The notes under the pieces are model-generated. The model had not been told where the DNA came from. It searched no databases and saw only the letters and a program-made list of their open reading frames with translations. DNA of 43,432 nt from Bacillota bacterium (GTDB lineage: Bacteria; Bacillota; Clostridia; Peptostreptococcales; Anaerovoracaceae): the NCBI GenBank assembly GCA_021443825.1, contig JABUTE010000263.1:1-43432 (forward strand), in the 5' to 3' direction. The position numbers and the translations under genes are program-made. Of the stretch, positions 1 to 9,280 are shown in pieces. How positions within the stretch are numbered: position 1 is the first letter of the stretch; each line of letters opens with the position of its first letter.

Positions 1-1
1 C

Positions 2-271
2 TATGCCCAGAAGAACGAGCCCTATTTCCAGCCCGAGCTGGACGAGCTGTGGGTAAAGGCCAACCAGACCGAAGAGCGCTTCGACAAGGAAGCCCAGCTT
101 GAGATGGCCTTTGAGATGGAGCAGATCATGCTTCGTGACCTGCCCATCATTCCCGTAATGGAAAATCCCAGCCGCTACCTGAAGGCAGACCGTGTCATTC
201 TGCCCACTCCCGACAACAGCTATGTTGTAAATGTCGGCTTCGGCTGGAAGTTCGCACGCATCGCTGAATAA
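2..271 (+). CDS. C-terminal fragment of an ABC peptide/oligopeptide substrate-binding protein (family 5), 5-prime end outside the window
   Basis: Open frame from the window edge to TAA at 269-271 (…LPIIPVMENPSRYLKADRVILPTPDNSYVVNVGFGWKFARIAE*). It lies directly upstream of Opp/Dpp-type permease and ATPase genes. Confidence 0.7.
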   Translation, partial: YAQKNEPYFQPELDELWVKANQTEERFDKEAQLEMAFEMEQIMLRDLPIIPVMENPSRYLKADRVILPTPDNSYVVNVGFGWKFARIAE

Positions 272-306
272 GCAGCCCTGCACCGCGGATATGTAACGAA
301 CCTGTG

Positions 307-345
307 GCGGGCTGCGGCAGTTGCCGCAGCCCGCTTTCCTTTATT
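307..345 (+). terminator. Rho-independent terminator or attenuator after the binding-protein gene
   Basis: Perfect 12-bp stem GCGGGCTGCGGC / GCCGCAGCCCGC with loop AGTT, followed by TTTCCTTTATT. Confidence 0.7.
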
Positions 346-377
346 CCTTATCGCAAACGCCGGAAAGGTAAACTCAA

Positions 378-1334
378 ATGACGAAATATATAATGCAGCG
401 TTTACTGGCAACGGTAATCACCATGTTTGTCATATTGACCATCGGCTTTCTTGTTATAAGGCTGATGCCCGGCAGCATTTTCGACGGCTATGACGAAATG
501 ACGCCCGAAATGATGCAGGCTCTCAATGCCAAATACAATTTCGACAAGCCGGTGATCGTTCAATACTTTATCTACCTGAAGAACATTCTGCTGCACTGGG
601 ACTGGGGCATCTCCCTGAAGATGAATCCCAATGTTCCGGTATGGACCATCGTAAAGCAGAAGATCCCCGTCACCTTATATGTCAATTTCTATTCGCTGCT
701 GCTGTCGCTGCCTTTAGGCCTTCTGGCCGGCATCGTCATGGCTCTTAAAAAGAACAGCGGCATCGACTACGGCGTATCGTTTCTGGTCGTCATCTTTATT
801 TCCGTACCGTCCTTTGTCTTTGCAACGGGATTGCAATACTTCCTGGCATATAAATTCGGGTGGTTTCCCATCATCTACGATGTCAATGCGGTGGGCACGG
901 CGAAGCTGCACTCTCTGCTGCTTCCCATCCTGGCGCTGGCCTTCAGCCCCATCGCTCGCGTGGCCCGCTATCTGAGAGCCGAGCTGGCCGAGACCATCAA
1001 TTCGGAATATATGCTGCTGGCCAGAACAAAGGGCCTTACCTATACCCAGGCCACCATCCGCCACGGCATCCGCAATTCTCTGGTGCCTCTGATGAATATC
1101 ATCATTCCCATGTTCACCACCATCATGGGCGGAAGCCTTGTTGTTGAGCGCATCTTTGCCATTCCCGGCATGGGCGGTCTGATGATCCAGGCCATCAACA
1201 CCAGCGACCATCAGGTGACCCTGGCGACCCTGATGTTCTATTCCTTCATCTCCATCATCACCATCCTGCTGGTCGACCTGAGCTACGGCATCGTTGACCC
1301 GCGTATCCGGATCGGGGGAGGAAAAGCAGAATGA
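378..1334 (+). CDS. Peptide ABC transporter permease (OppB/DppB family)
   Basis: 318 aa and multi-TM. N-terminal MTKYIMQRLLATVITMFVILTIGFLVIRLMPG is typical of OppB/DppB. An EAA-like loop is present (YMLLARTKGLTYTQATIRHGIRNSLVPL). Confidence 0.9.
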   Translation: MTKYIMQRLLATVITMFVILTIGFLVIRLMPGSIFDGYDEMTPEMMQALNAKYNFDKPVIVQYFIYLKNILLHWDWGISLKMNPNVPVWTIVKQKIPVTLYVNFYSLLLSLPLGLLAGIVMALKKNSGIDYGVSFLVVIFISVPSFVFATGLQYFLAYKFGWFPIIYDVNAVGTAKLHSLLLPILALAFSPIARVARYLRAELAETINSEYMLLARTKGLTYTQATIRHGIRNSLVPLMNIIIPMFTTIMGGSLVVERIFAIPGMGGLMIQAINTSDHQVTLATLMFYSFISIITILLVDLSYGIVDPRIRIGGGKAE

Positions 1335-2473
1335 AGATCTTCGATAAAAACGATTATAAGGATCTTGACGTCTCCAAGCTGCAATACGTTCAGCTGGAGG
1401 AATCGATCCACGATACCAACTTTGAGACCAAGCCCATAGGCTTTTTTAAGGATGCCATGCTGCGCTTTTGCAAGAACAAGAGCTCGGTCGTCGCGTCTAT
1501 CCTCATTGTGATCATCATCTTCTTTGCCGTTTTCGGCCCCATGATGAACGACAAGGGCTTCAACGATCAGGATCTGGGAAGAGTCAACGCGCCTCCCAAG
1601 ATCCCCTTCCTGGCCGACATGGGCGTGGGGCTTTTCGACGGCGGCATGACCCTGGTCAACCGCAGAGTGGAGAACCTTTCCGACACCAGCCAATATCCGG
1701 AAGGGTGCATCCTCGACGTGTATAACCGCCGCTTCATCAACGGCGTCGAGATGTGCGATCTGGAGGTAGACTACTACATCTACAACGATGTAGACGAGGT
1801 CTACTGGTTCGGCACCGATTACCTGGGCAGAGATCTTTGGACCAGACTTTGGAGAGGCGCCCGCATCTCGCTGGTGATCGCTCTTGTCTCGGTTGTGGTC
1901 AACGTGGTCATCGGCGTCACCTACGGCAGCATCGCCGGCTATTACGGCGGCAAGATCGATATGGTGATGATGCGCATCACGGAGGTCATCAACGCCTTTC
2001 CCAACATCGTTGTGATGACATTGTTCATCATGATCTTCGGAACGGGCATCTTCTCGATCATACTGGCTTTGGTGGTCCGCGACTGGATCGGCACCGCCCG
2101 TCTGATCCGCGCCCAGTTCTATCGCTTTAAGCAGAACGAATACGTGCTGGCGGCAAAGACTCTAGGCGTTCCTGACAGGACCCTGATCTTCCGCCATATT
2201 CTGCCTAACTCCATCGGACCCATCATCACCCGTACGGCGCTGGCTGTGCCCGGTGCCATCTTCTCGGAGTCGTTTCTGGCCTACATCGGCCTGGGCCTGC
2301 GGCCGCCAGAACCTTCCATCGGTATCCTCCTCAGCGAGGGTCAGAAGGTTCTGCTGTATTACCCCACCCAGGTGCTGTTCCCGGCCATTCTGATCTCCGT
2401 ACTTTGTATTTCCTTCAACATGTTTGGCAACGGTCTCAGAGATGCCTTTGACCCGACCCAGCGCGGTGCTTAA
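1331..2473 (+). CDS. Peptide ABC transporter permease (OppC/DppC family)
   Basis: 380 aa, ATGA overlap with the upstream permease. Contains the motif YVLAAKTLGVPDRTLIFRHILPNSIGPII and is multi-TM. Confidence 0.9.
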   Translation: MKIFDKNDYKDLDVSKLQYVQLEESIHDTNFETKPIGFFKDAMLRFCKNKSSVVASILIVIIIFFAVFGPMMNDKGFNDQDLGRVNAPPKIPFLADMGVGLFDGGMTLVNRRVENLSDTSQYPEGCILDVYNRRFINGVEMCDLEVDYYIYNDVDEVYWFGTDYLGRDLWTRLWRGARISLVIALVSVVVNVVIGVTYGSIAGYYGGKIDMVMMRITEVINAFPNIVVMTLFIMIFGTGIFSIILALVVRDWIGTARLIRAQFYRFKQNEYVLAAKTLGVPDRTLIFRHILPNSIGPIITRTALAVPGAIFSESFLAYIGLGLRPPEPSIGILLSEGQKVLLYYPTQVLFPAILISVLCISFNMFGNGLRDAFDPTQRGA

Positions 2474-2485
2474 CAGGAGGCTGCT

Positions 2486-3521
2486 ATGGAACCTATCTTA
2501 CAAGTAAAAGATCTGACGGTCTCCTTCAATGCCTTTGCGGGCACAGTGCAGGCCGTGCGGGGGATCTCCTTCGATCTGAATCCCCACGAGACCCTGGCCA
2601 TCGTCGGTGAATCCGGCTCCGGCAAGAGCGTCTCCATCAAGGCGGTGCTGGGCATTCTGCCCAAGAACGGCCGCATCGAAAAGGGCGAGATCCTCTATAA
2701 GGGAAACGACCTGACCAAGTTCAAAGAAGAAGACTTCTACAGCATCCGCGGAAAAGAGATCTCGCTGGTCTTCCAGGATCCCCTTTCGGCGCTGAACCCC
2801 ATTATGAAGATCGGAAAGCAGATCACCGAGGCATTGATCTTAAGCGGCTCTGTCGAAAAGAGCAAGGCGAAGGCAAAGGCCATCGAGCTGATGGAGGCTG
2901 TCGGTATTCCCGATCCCGAGCTTCGTTTTGAGCAGTATCCCTTCCAGTTTTCCGGCGGCATGCGCCAGCGCATCGTCATCGCCATCGCTCTGGCCTCCGA
3001 TCCGGAGCTGCTGATCTGCGATGAGCCGACCACGGCGCTGGACGTGACCATCCAGGCCAAGATCCTGGAGCTGATCAACGATCTGAAGCGGAAAAAGGAT
3101 CTTTCCATCATCTTCATCACCCACGACATGGGCGTTGTCGCCAACATGGCTGACCGCATCTGCGTCATGTATGCCGGCCGCATCGTCGAATACGGAACGG
3201 CAAGAGAGATCTTCTACGAGCCGGCACACCCCTATACCTGGGCACTGCTGTCGGCCATGCCCGATCTGGACACCAAAGAAAAGCTGTTCGCCATTCCGGG
3301 AGCTCCCCCCAACATGCTGATGCCTCCCAAGGGCGATGCCTTTGCTGCCAGAAACAAATACGCGCTGCAGCTGGATTTTGAAGAGGAACCTCCCTATTTT
3401 AAGCTGTCGGAGACCCATTATGCCGCCACCTGGCTGCTGCACCCCGATGCGCCGAAGGTGGAGATGCCTGAGATCCTGCGGGAGCGTATCGCCCGTATGA
3501 AAGAAAAGGAGGCAAAGAGCA

Positions 3522-3538
<17 letters not shown>
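2486..3538 (+). CDS. Peptide ABC transporter ATP-binding protein (OppD/DppD family)
   Basis: Walker A GESGSGKS, signature FSGGMRQR, Walker B LLICDEPTTALD, and the Opp C-terminal extension (HPYTWALL). Confidence 0.92.
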
Positions 3539-4463
<925 letters not shown>

Positions 4464-4492
4464 ACCGCAGCGCAAGCTTTGCCAGAATACAG

Positions 4493-4536
4493 CCGCCGCC
4501 GGCGGGGGAGTCTCCCTTGCCTGCGGCGGTTTTTTT
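4493..4536 (+). terminator. Rho-independent terminator closing the peptide-transporter operon
   Basis: CCGCCGCCGGC…GCCTGCGGCGG stem with an inner GGGA/TCCC helix, followed by TTTTTTT. Confidence 0.8.
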
Positions 4537-4908
4537 ATAGCATTTTCTTTCGCGCTGCATGTTGCGCGCAGCCCTTATGCAGAGGTCTCGGGACCCGTAT
4601 TTTGCTTCATATGACCATGCATAAATATTCTAAAATAACGAATAAATATTTATCTTGCGGAATCGGTTTTTGAAAGAATTCCGATTTTGCTTCTTTTCTG
4701 TGACCGCCCATTTTGGCCCTTATTTACCACTGCAGAGGAGGTTTTTCGGTGGAACATCCTCCCCCCTCGTCGAAAACCTGTCGAAAGTGCGGTCACAAAA
4801 TCTACCCGAAAATGTGATCTTTGTTATTTAATTATCAAAGTTTGACCCCAAAAAATGAGAAAAGCATAAAATAAATAAAAAACGCGTTAATTTTTTATGG
4901 AAATAGTA

Positions 4909-4938
4909 TTGATTTACTGTGGAAAGTTGTGCTATTTT
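4909..4938 (+). promoter_or_regulatory. Candidate sigma-A-type promoter for the flgB operon
   Basis: TTGATT (4909-4914), an 18-nt spacer carrying TG, then TATTTT (4933-4938), in an AT-rich region about 110 nt upstream of flgB. Pattern match only. Confidence 0.35.
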
Positions 4939-5046
4939 AGATTTGTAAAAATCTCATCAGGTACTTCCGTTTCGGAAGGTCACCGTCTGATCCGTTTTTA
5001 AAATCTTTTTTATTCATATTCGATCTATATAATTCGATTCTTTGAG

Positions 5047-5439
5047 GTGTCTTTAATGAGTCAGATCTACGACAATTCTCTGAAGATGATGGAAACCTCT
5101 ATGCGCTTTTTATGGACGAAGCAGTCTGCCATGCTCGACAACATCGCCAATGCGGAAACGCCCGGCTACCGTCCCAAGCAGGTCAGCTTCGAAGAGACCT
5201 TCCGTCAGCAGCTTCAGCAGGCGACCCGCAGCGCCGATCCCAAGCAGTCTGTTTCCCATGTTCTTGAAAACGCATCCGTCACCGTTACCGAAGAGCCTGT
5301 TTCCGCCCGTCTGGATGAAAACGGTGTCAACATTACCCAGCAGAGCGCAGAGCTGATGCGCAACGCCTATCAGCTGCAATATACCATGAGCGCCATCAAC
5401 AGCGATCTGAAGGTGCTGCGCTCCGTGATCCAGGGATAG
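5047..5439 (+). CDS. flgB: Flagellar basal-body rod protein FlgB
   Basis: …LDNIANAETPGYRPKQVSFEE… is the rod-protein N-terminal motif, and this is the first gene of the flgB-flgC-fliE order. The start may be GTG 5047 or ATG 5056. Confidence 0.9.
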   Translation: MSLMSQIYDNSLKMMETSMRFLWTKQSAMLDNIANAETPGYRPKQVSFEETFRQQLQQATRSADPKQSVSHVLENASVTVTEEPVSARLDENGVNITQQSAELMRNAYQLQYTMSAINSDLKVLRSVIQG

Positions 5440-5451
5440 GAGGCTTAGGCT

Positions 5452-5898
5452 ATGTCATTTCTCAATTCGCTGAATATCGTCGCCTCCGGTCTGACTGCCC
5501 AGCAGCAGCGGCTGGATGTGATCTCTGAAAATATCACCAATTCCGCAACCACCAGAACCGAGCAGGGCGGAGCCTACCGCCGCAAGATGGTGGTCTTCGA
5601 GGCGCAGAACTCCGGAGCAAGCTTTCGCAGTGCCATGAACAAGGCCATGCAAAAGGCGCAGCCCCTGCAGGGCGGCGTAAAGGTCACCGCCATCGTCGAA
5701 GATCCCACGGATTTTCAGCAGGTCTACGATCCGACCCATCCCGATGCCGACGAAAACGGCTTTGTGGATATGCCCAATGTAGACACGGTGAAGGAGATTA
5801 CCGACGCCATGGCGGCGACCCAGGCCTATTCCGCCGATGTTACCGCCCTCAACACCCTGAAGAGCGTTATTTCAAAGGGTCTTGAGATCGGCCGCTAG
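5452..5898 (+). CDS. flgC: Flagellar basal-body rod protein FlgC
   Basis: MSFLNSLNIVASGLTAQQQRLDVISENITNSATTRT… and C-terminal AMAATQAYSADVTALNTLKS are typical of FlgC. Confidence 0.93.
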   Translation: MSFLNSLNIVASGLTAQQQRLDVISENITNSATTRTEQGGAYRRKMVVFEAQNSGASFRSAMNKAMQKAQPLQGGVKVTAIVEDPTDFQQVYDPTHPDADENGFVDMPNVDTVKEITDAMAATQAYSADVTALNTLKSVISKGLEIGR

Positions 5899-5968
5899 CA
5901 TCGGGCCGCATCGCTCTTAAGAACAGATAATCCCCCTGCACAGGGTCTTTCCCGGAAAGGCAGAAAAA

Positions 5969-6265
5969 ATGATCCAGGCGATCGAAAAGCTGAATCCCGT
6001 CGGTTCTTTGCTGAAAGAAGAAAAGACCGGCAGTACCAACGGAGCCAACCCCTTCGAATCCATCTTTCGCTCGGCGGTCGAGCAGGTAAAGCAGACCGAC
6101 GCCGAAAAGAATCAGGCAGAATATCTGCTGGCCACCGGCCAGCTTGATAATCCGGCAGAGCTGATGACCGCGCTCACCAAAAACGAGCTGTCGGTAAGCC
6201 TGCTGGTGCAGCTTCGCAACAAGGCGCTGGACGCCTATTCCGAGCTGGCAAGAATCAGTCTCTAA
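5969..6265 (+). CDS. fliE: Flagellar hook-basal body complex protein FliE
   Basis: 98 aa. Contains FESIFRSAVEQVKQTDAEKNQAEYLLATGQLDNPAELMTALTKNELSVSLLVQLRNKALDAYSEL, plus synteny. Confidence 0.9.
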   Translation: MIQAIEKLNPVGSLLKEEKTGSTNGANPFESIFRSAVEQVKQTDAEKNQAEYLLATGQLDNPAELMTALTKNELSVSLLVQLRNKALDAYSELARISL

Positions 6266-6277
6266 CCTAAAATTCAA

Positions 6278-6364
6278 AATCGAATATCCGGCAAACCCGG
6301 GGAAACCCGGCGACGCAAAACTCCAGAGCCTGTAAAATGGCAGTCAGTTGCAATTTCTGAATAG
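6278..6364 (+). promoter_or_regulatory. Class-I c-di-GMP (GEMM-I)-like riboswitch aptamer
   Basis: UCCGGCAAAC-CCGGG-GAAA-CCCGG-CGACGCAAAAC-UCCAGA…UCUGAAUAGCUG. The GCAAAC, the GNRA-capped helix, GACGCAAA(A)C and the downstream UAGC match the hallmark of GEMM-I (compare Vc2 GGGCAAACC-AUUC-GAAA-GAGU-GGGACGCAAAGCC). Recognised by eye; no covariance model was run. Confidence 0.7.
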
Positions 6365-6399
6365 CTGCCTGCCGGGGTCCGGAGAGGCAGTTTTATTTT
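6365..6399 (+). terminator. Intrinsic terminator forming the expression platform of the riboswitch
   Basis: CTGCCTGCCGG-GGT-CCGGAGAGGCAG hairpin immediately followed by TTTTATTTT, inside the fliE-fliF gap. Confidence 0.7.
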
Positions 6400-6571
6400 G
6401 AGACCATTACCCGCTGCGAAAGAGCCCGTCCGAAGACAGGCGCGCAGTCCGGGTCTGGCGGCTTTGGGAATGGAGAGCCCGAGGCCGATGACAATACAGT
6501 TATTAACTTCTCAGTTAATAACGCCGCGAAAGGAATCGCGGTGTGTGTCGTAACACAGAGAAGGTTAAAAG

Positions 6572-8206
6572 ATGAAAGAAAAAATTGAATTGTTTGGTGA
6601 AAATCTTAAAGACAGGTTTTCCCGCATTTCCAAGAAGTTTTGGATCGGGGCTGTCGCGATCTTTTTAATCCTGGCAGCACTGGCTGCATTTATTCTCAAC
6701 AACAAACCGTACGAGGTGCTCGTAACCGGCGTAAGCTCCGGCGAGGCAGCCTCGATTTTGTCGTTCCTGGAAAGCCAGGGCGTGCAGAATTACAAGGTCG
6801 AGAATAACGACACCATCCTGGTTCCCAAAAGCAACGTCGACGCCCTGAAGGCCTCTGTCATCATGGCCGGCTATCCCCAGACCGGCTATGCCTACTCTGC
6901 CTACTACGACCATGTCAGCGCCCTCTCCACCGAAGCGGAGCGCGAAAACGCCTATCTGATGTTCCTGATGGAAAGCATGAGCAACGTTATCCGCAGCTTC
7001 GACAACGTAAAAGACGCCACCGTCATCATCAGCCCGGGCGAAGACCGTGGCTATGTGCTCGACAGCGGCAATGTGATCGATGCATCCGCATCGGTGCAGG
7101 TCACCATGTCGGGCAGCGCAAGACTGAGCCAGCAGCAGGTCAGCGCCATCAAGAACCTGGTATCCCACGGGGTGCAGGGCCTGACCGTTGAAAACGTAGC
7201 CATCAGCGACACCATGGGCAACCGCTACAGCGGAAACGGCTCCGAGATGGCCGAAGATGCCTCCTCGTTAAAGCTCAGCCTGGAAGAAGAATACGAAAAC
7301 AAGATCCGCAGCGAGATCCTGCAGGCGATCGTTCCCTTCTTCGGCGAAGACAACGTGCGCGTCAGCGTCAACTGCGTGGTCGAGCTGAGCCAGCGCACCG
7401 TCAATTCCAGAGATGTGCAGCTGCCCGAATACGGCCAGTCCGGCGACAATGCCGGCAAGGGCATCATCGGCTCTCAGATCTACGAATATAACCTGATCCG
7501 CGAAGCAGATGATACGGCAGGCGGCGTGGTGGGAACCGAAAGCAACAGCGAGATCCCCACTTATGTGGAGGTGCTTCCCGAAACCAACGGCAGCGAGACC
7601 CAGATCGGCGCCAGCGGCCAGACCGACTACGATAATTCCTTCGTCGAGACGGTAGCTACCTATACCGCAGGCTACCTGAGCGACTGCACCGTTGCTGTCA
7701 GCATCAACTCCGCCGCTGCAGGAGCCGTCGATCTGGACAGCATCCGCCGCCATATCGCAAGAGCGGCCGGCATCGTTGGCACCGTCGACAAAGACACCGG
7801 CACCGAATATCTGGAAGAAAAGATCTCGGTCGTTTCCATGAAGTTCTATACCCAAAGCGACAATTCCTCCATCCTGCCCTTTACGCCGCAGGAAAAGGAT
7901 CTGCAGCTTTGGATGATGATCGCCGCCGGAGGCGCAGTTGCCCTCCTGCTCATTCTGGTGATCCTGATCCTGGTGATCCGCAAGCGGCGCAGAAAAAAGA
8001 AGCTGATGCGCTCCCGGTCGGTCGTCACCGAAGATCTCTATCCGCCCCAGACCATGGAACCGCCCGAGTTCGACTTCGGGGCTGATGTGATGAAGATGCA
8101 GACCGAACGGAGCATGGAGCTTCGCAAGGAGGTCAGAGAATTCACCAGCGAGAACCCGGAAATCGCAGCGCAGATGATCAAAGCCTGGCTTAAGGAGACC
8201 GAATAA
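6572..8206 (+). CDS. fliF: Flagellar M-ring protein FliF
   Basis: 544 aa. Has an N-terminal TM (WIGAVAIFLILAALAAFIL), a YscJ/FliF periplasmic domain, a second TM (LWMMIAAGGAVALLLILVILILVI) and a charged C-terminal tail; precedes fliG. Confidence 0.93.
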   Translation: MKEKIELFGENLKDRFSRISKKFWIGAVAIFLILAALAAFILNNKPYEVLVTGVSSGEAASILSFLESQGVQNYKVENNDTILVPKSNVDALKASVIMAGYPQTGYAYSAYYDHVSALSTEAERENAYLMFLMESMSNVIRSFDNVKDATVIISPGEDRGYVLDSGNVIDASASVQVTMSGSARLSQQQVSAIKNLVSHGVQGLTVENVAISDTMGNRYSGNGSEMAEDASSLKLSLEEEYENKIRSEILQAIVPFFGEDNVRVSVNCVVELSQRTVNSRDVQLPEYGQSGDNAGKGIIGSQIYEYNLIREADDTAGGVVGTESNSEIPTYVEVLPETNGSETQIGASGQTDYDNSFVETVATYTAGYLSDCTVAVSINSAAAGAVDLDSIRRHIARAAGIVGTVDKDTGTEYLEEKISVVSMKFYTQSDNSSILPFTPQEKDLQLWMMIAAGGAVALLLILVILILVIRKRRRKKKLMRSRSVVTEDLYPPQTMEPPEFDFGADVMKMQTERSMELRKEVREFTSENPEIAAQMIKAWLKETE

Positions 8207-9280
8207 ATGAAAGAGAGTGCAGCAGCAAACAACAGAGCCTCTGCACCGGAGCCGAAGGAGCAGAAGAAAAAGGCATCAAAATCCAGCCTGACCGGCCCGC
8301 AGAAGGCCGCCGCCGTGGTGGTCGCTCTGGGCTCAGAGAAGGCTTCCAACATATACAAATATCTGGATTCCGACGAGGTCGAGACCCTTACCCTGGAGGT
8401 CGCAAGGCTGGGCTATCTGGGCCCGGAAGAGACAGAAGAATTCCTCGGCGAGTTCTACCGGATGTGCCTCACCAACAAGGTTGTCACCGAGGGCGGTCTG
8501 GAATATGCCAGAAGCGTGCTCGAAAAGGCCTACGGCCAGCAGACCGCAGACGATCTGCTCACCAAGCTGGTAAGATCCTTAAAGAACCGGGAATTCGTCT
8601 TTCTCAGCAAGGCCGATGTCAAGACCCTGTTTACCGTGCTCAACAACGAGCGCGCCCAGACCATCGCCTTCGTGCTTTCCTATGTGGATGCCGACAAGGC
8701 GGCAGGTGTCATCGCCCAGCTGGATCAGGATAAGCAGATCCGCGTGGTCAAGAACATGGCCAACATCGAGAATGTGGCTCCCGCGGCCGCTAAGATCGTC
8801 GAGGCCGAGATGAGCAAGAAATTCTCCAGCATGGTCACCAGCTCCAATGTCAAGGTGGGCGGCATCGATTACGTTGCCGACATCATGAACAATCTGGACC
8901 GGCAGAGCGAAAAGAATATCTTCGACGGCCTTACCCGCATCAATCAGGAGCTGGCCGAAGAGATCCGCAAGAAGATGTTCGTATTCGAGGATATCGTCAC
9001 CATGGACGACCGTTCCGTGCAGCGCTTTATCAGAGACTGCGATCCCAGAGATATCGTGCTTGCTCTTAAGGGCTCCAATCACGAGGTCGCCGAAAAGCTC
9101 TACGCCAACATGTCCGAGCGTATGGCCCAGAGCATCCAGGACGACCTGGAGATCACGACCAACGTTCGCCTGAAGGATGCAGAAGAAGCACAGCAGCGGA
9201 TCGTCGGTATCATCCGCGGCCTGGAGGAAAAGGGCGAGCTGATCATCATCAAGGGCGGAAAGGACGACATCATTGCCTAA
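8207..9280 (+). CDS. fliG: Flagellar motor switch protein FliG
   Basis: LTGPQKAAAVVVALGSEKASNIYKYLDSDEVETLTLEVA… and C-terminal MFVFEDIVTMDDRSVQRFIR…DDLE…V…EAQQRIV are typical of FliG. Confidence 0.95.
   Translation: MKESAAANNRASAPEPKEQKKKASKSSLTGPQKAAAVVVALGSEKASNIYKYLDSDEVETLTLEVARLGYLGPEETEEFLGEFYRMCLTNKVVTEGGLEYARSVLEKAYGQQTADDLLTKLVRSLKNREFVFLSKADVKTLFTVLNNERAQTIAFVLSYVDADKAAGVIAQLDQDKQIRVVKNMANIENVAPAAAKIVEAEMSKKFSSMVTSSNVKVGGIDYVADIMNNLDRQSEKNIFDGLTRINQELAEEIRKKMFVFEDIVTMDDRSVQRFIRDCDPRDIVLALKGSNHEVAEKLYANMSERMAQSIQDDLEITTNVRLKDAEEAQQRIVGIIRGLEEKGELIIIKGGKDDIIA

Noticed and set aside
4699-4797. C. difficile-type invertible flagellar switch flanked by inverted repeats.
   Set aside because: The repeats are only 9 bp (against about 21 bp in C. 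difficile), the enclosed segment is 81 bp, and no recombinase gene is in the window. It is kept only as a low-probability alternative within the flgB-upstream finding.
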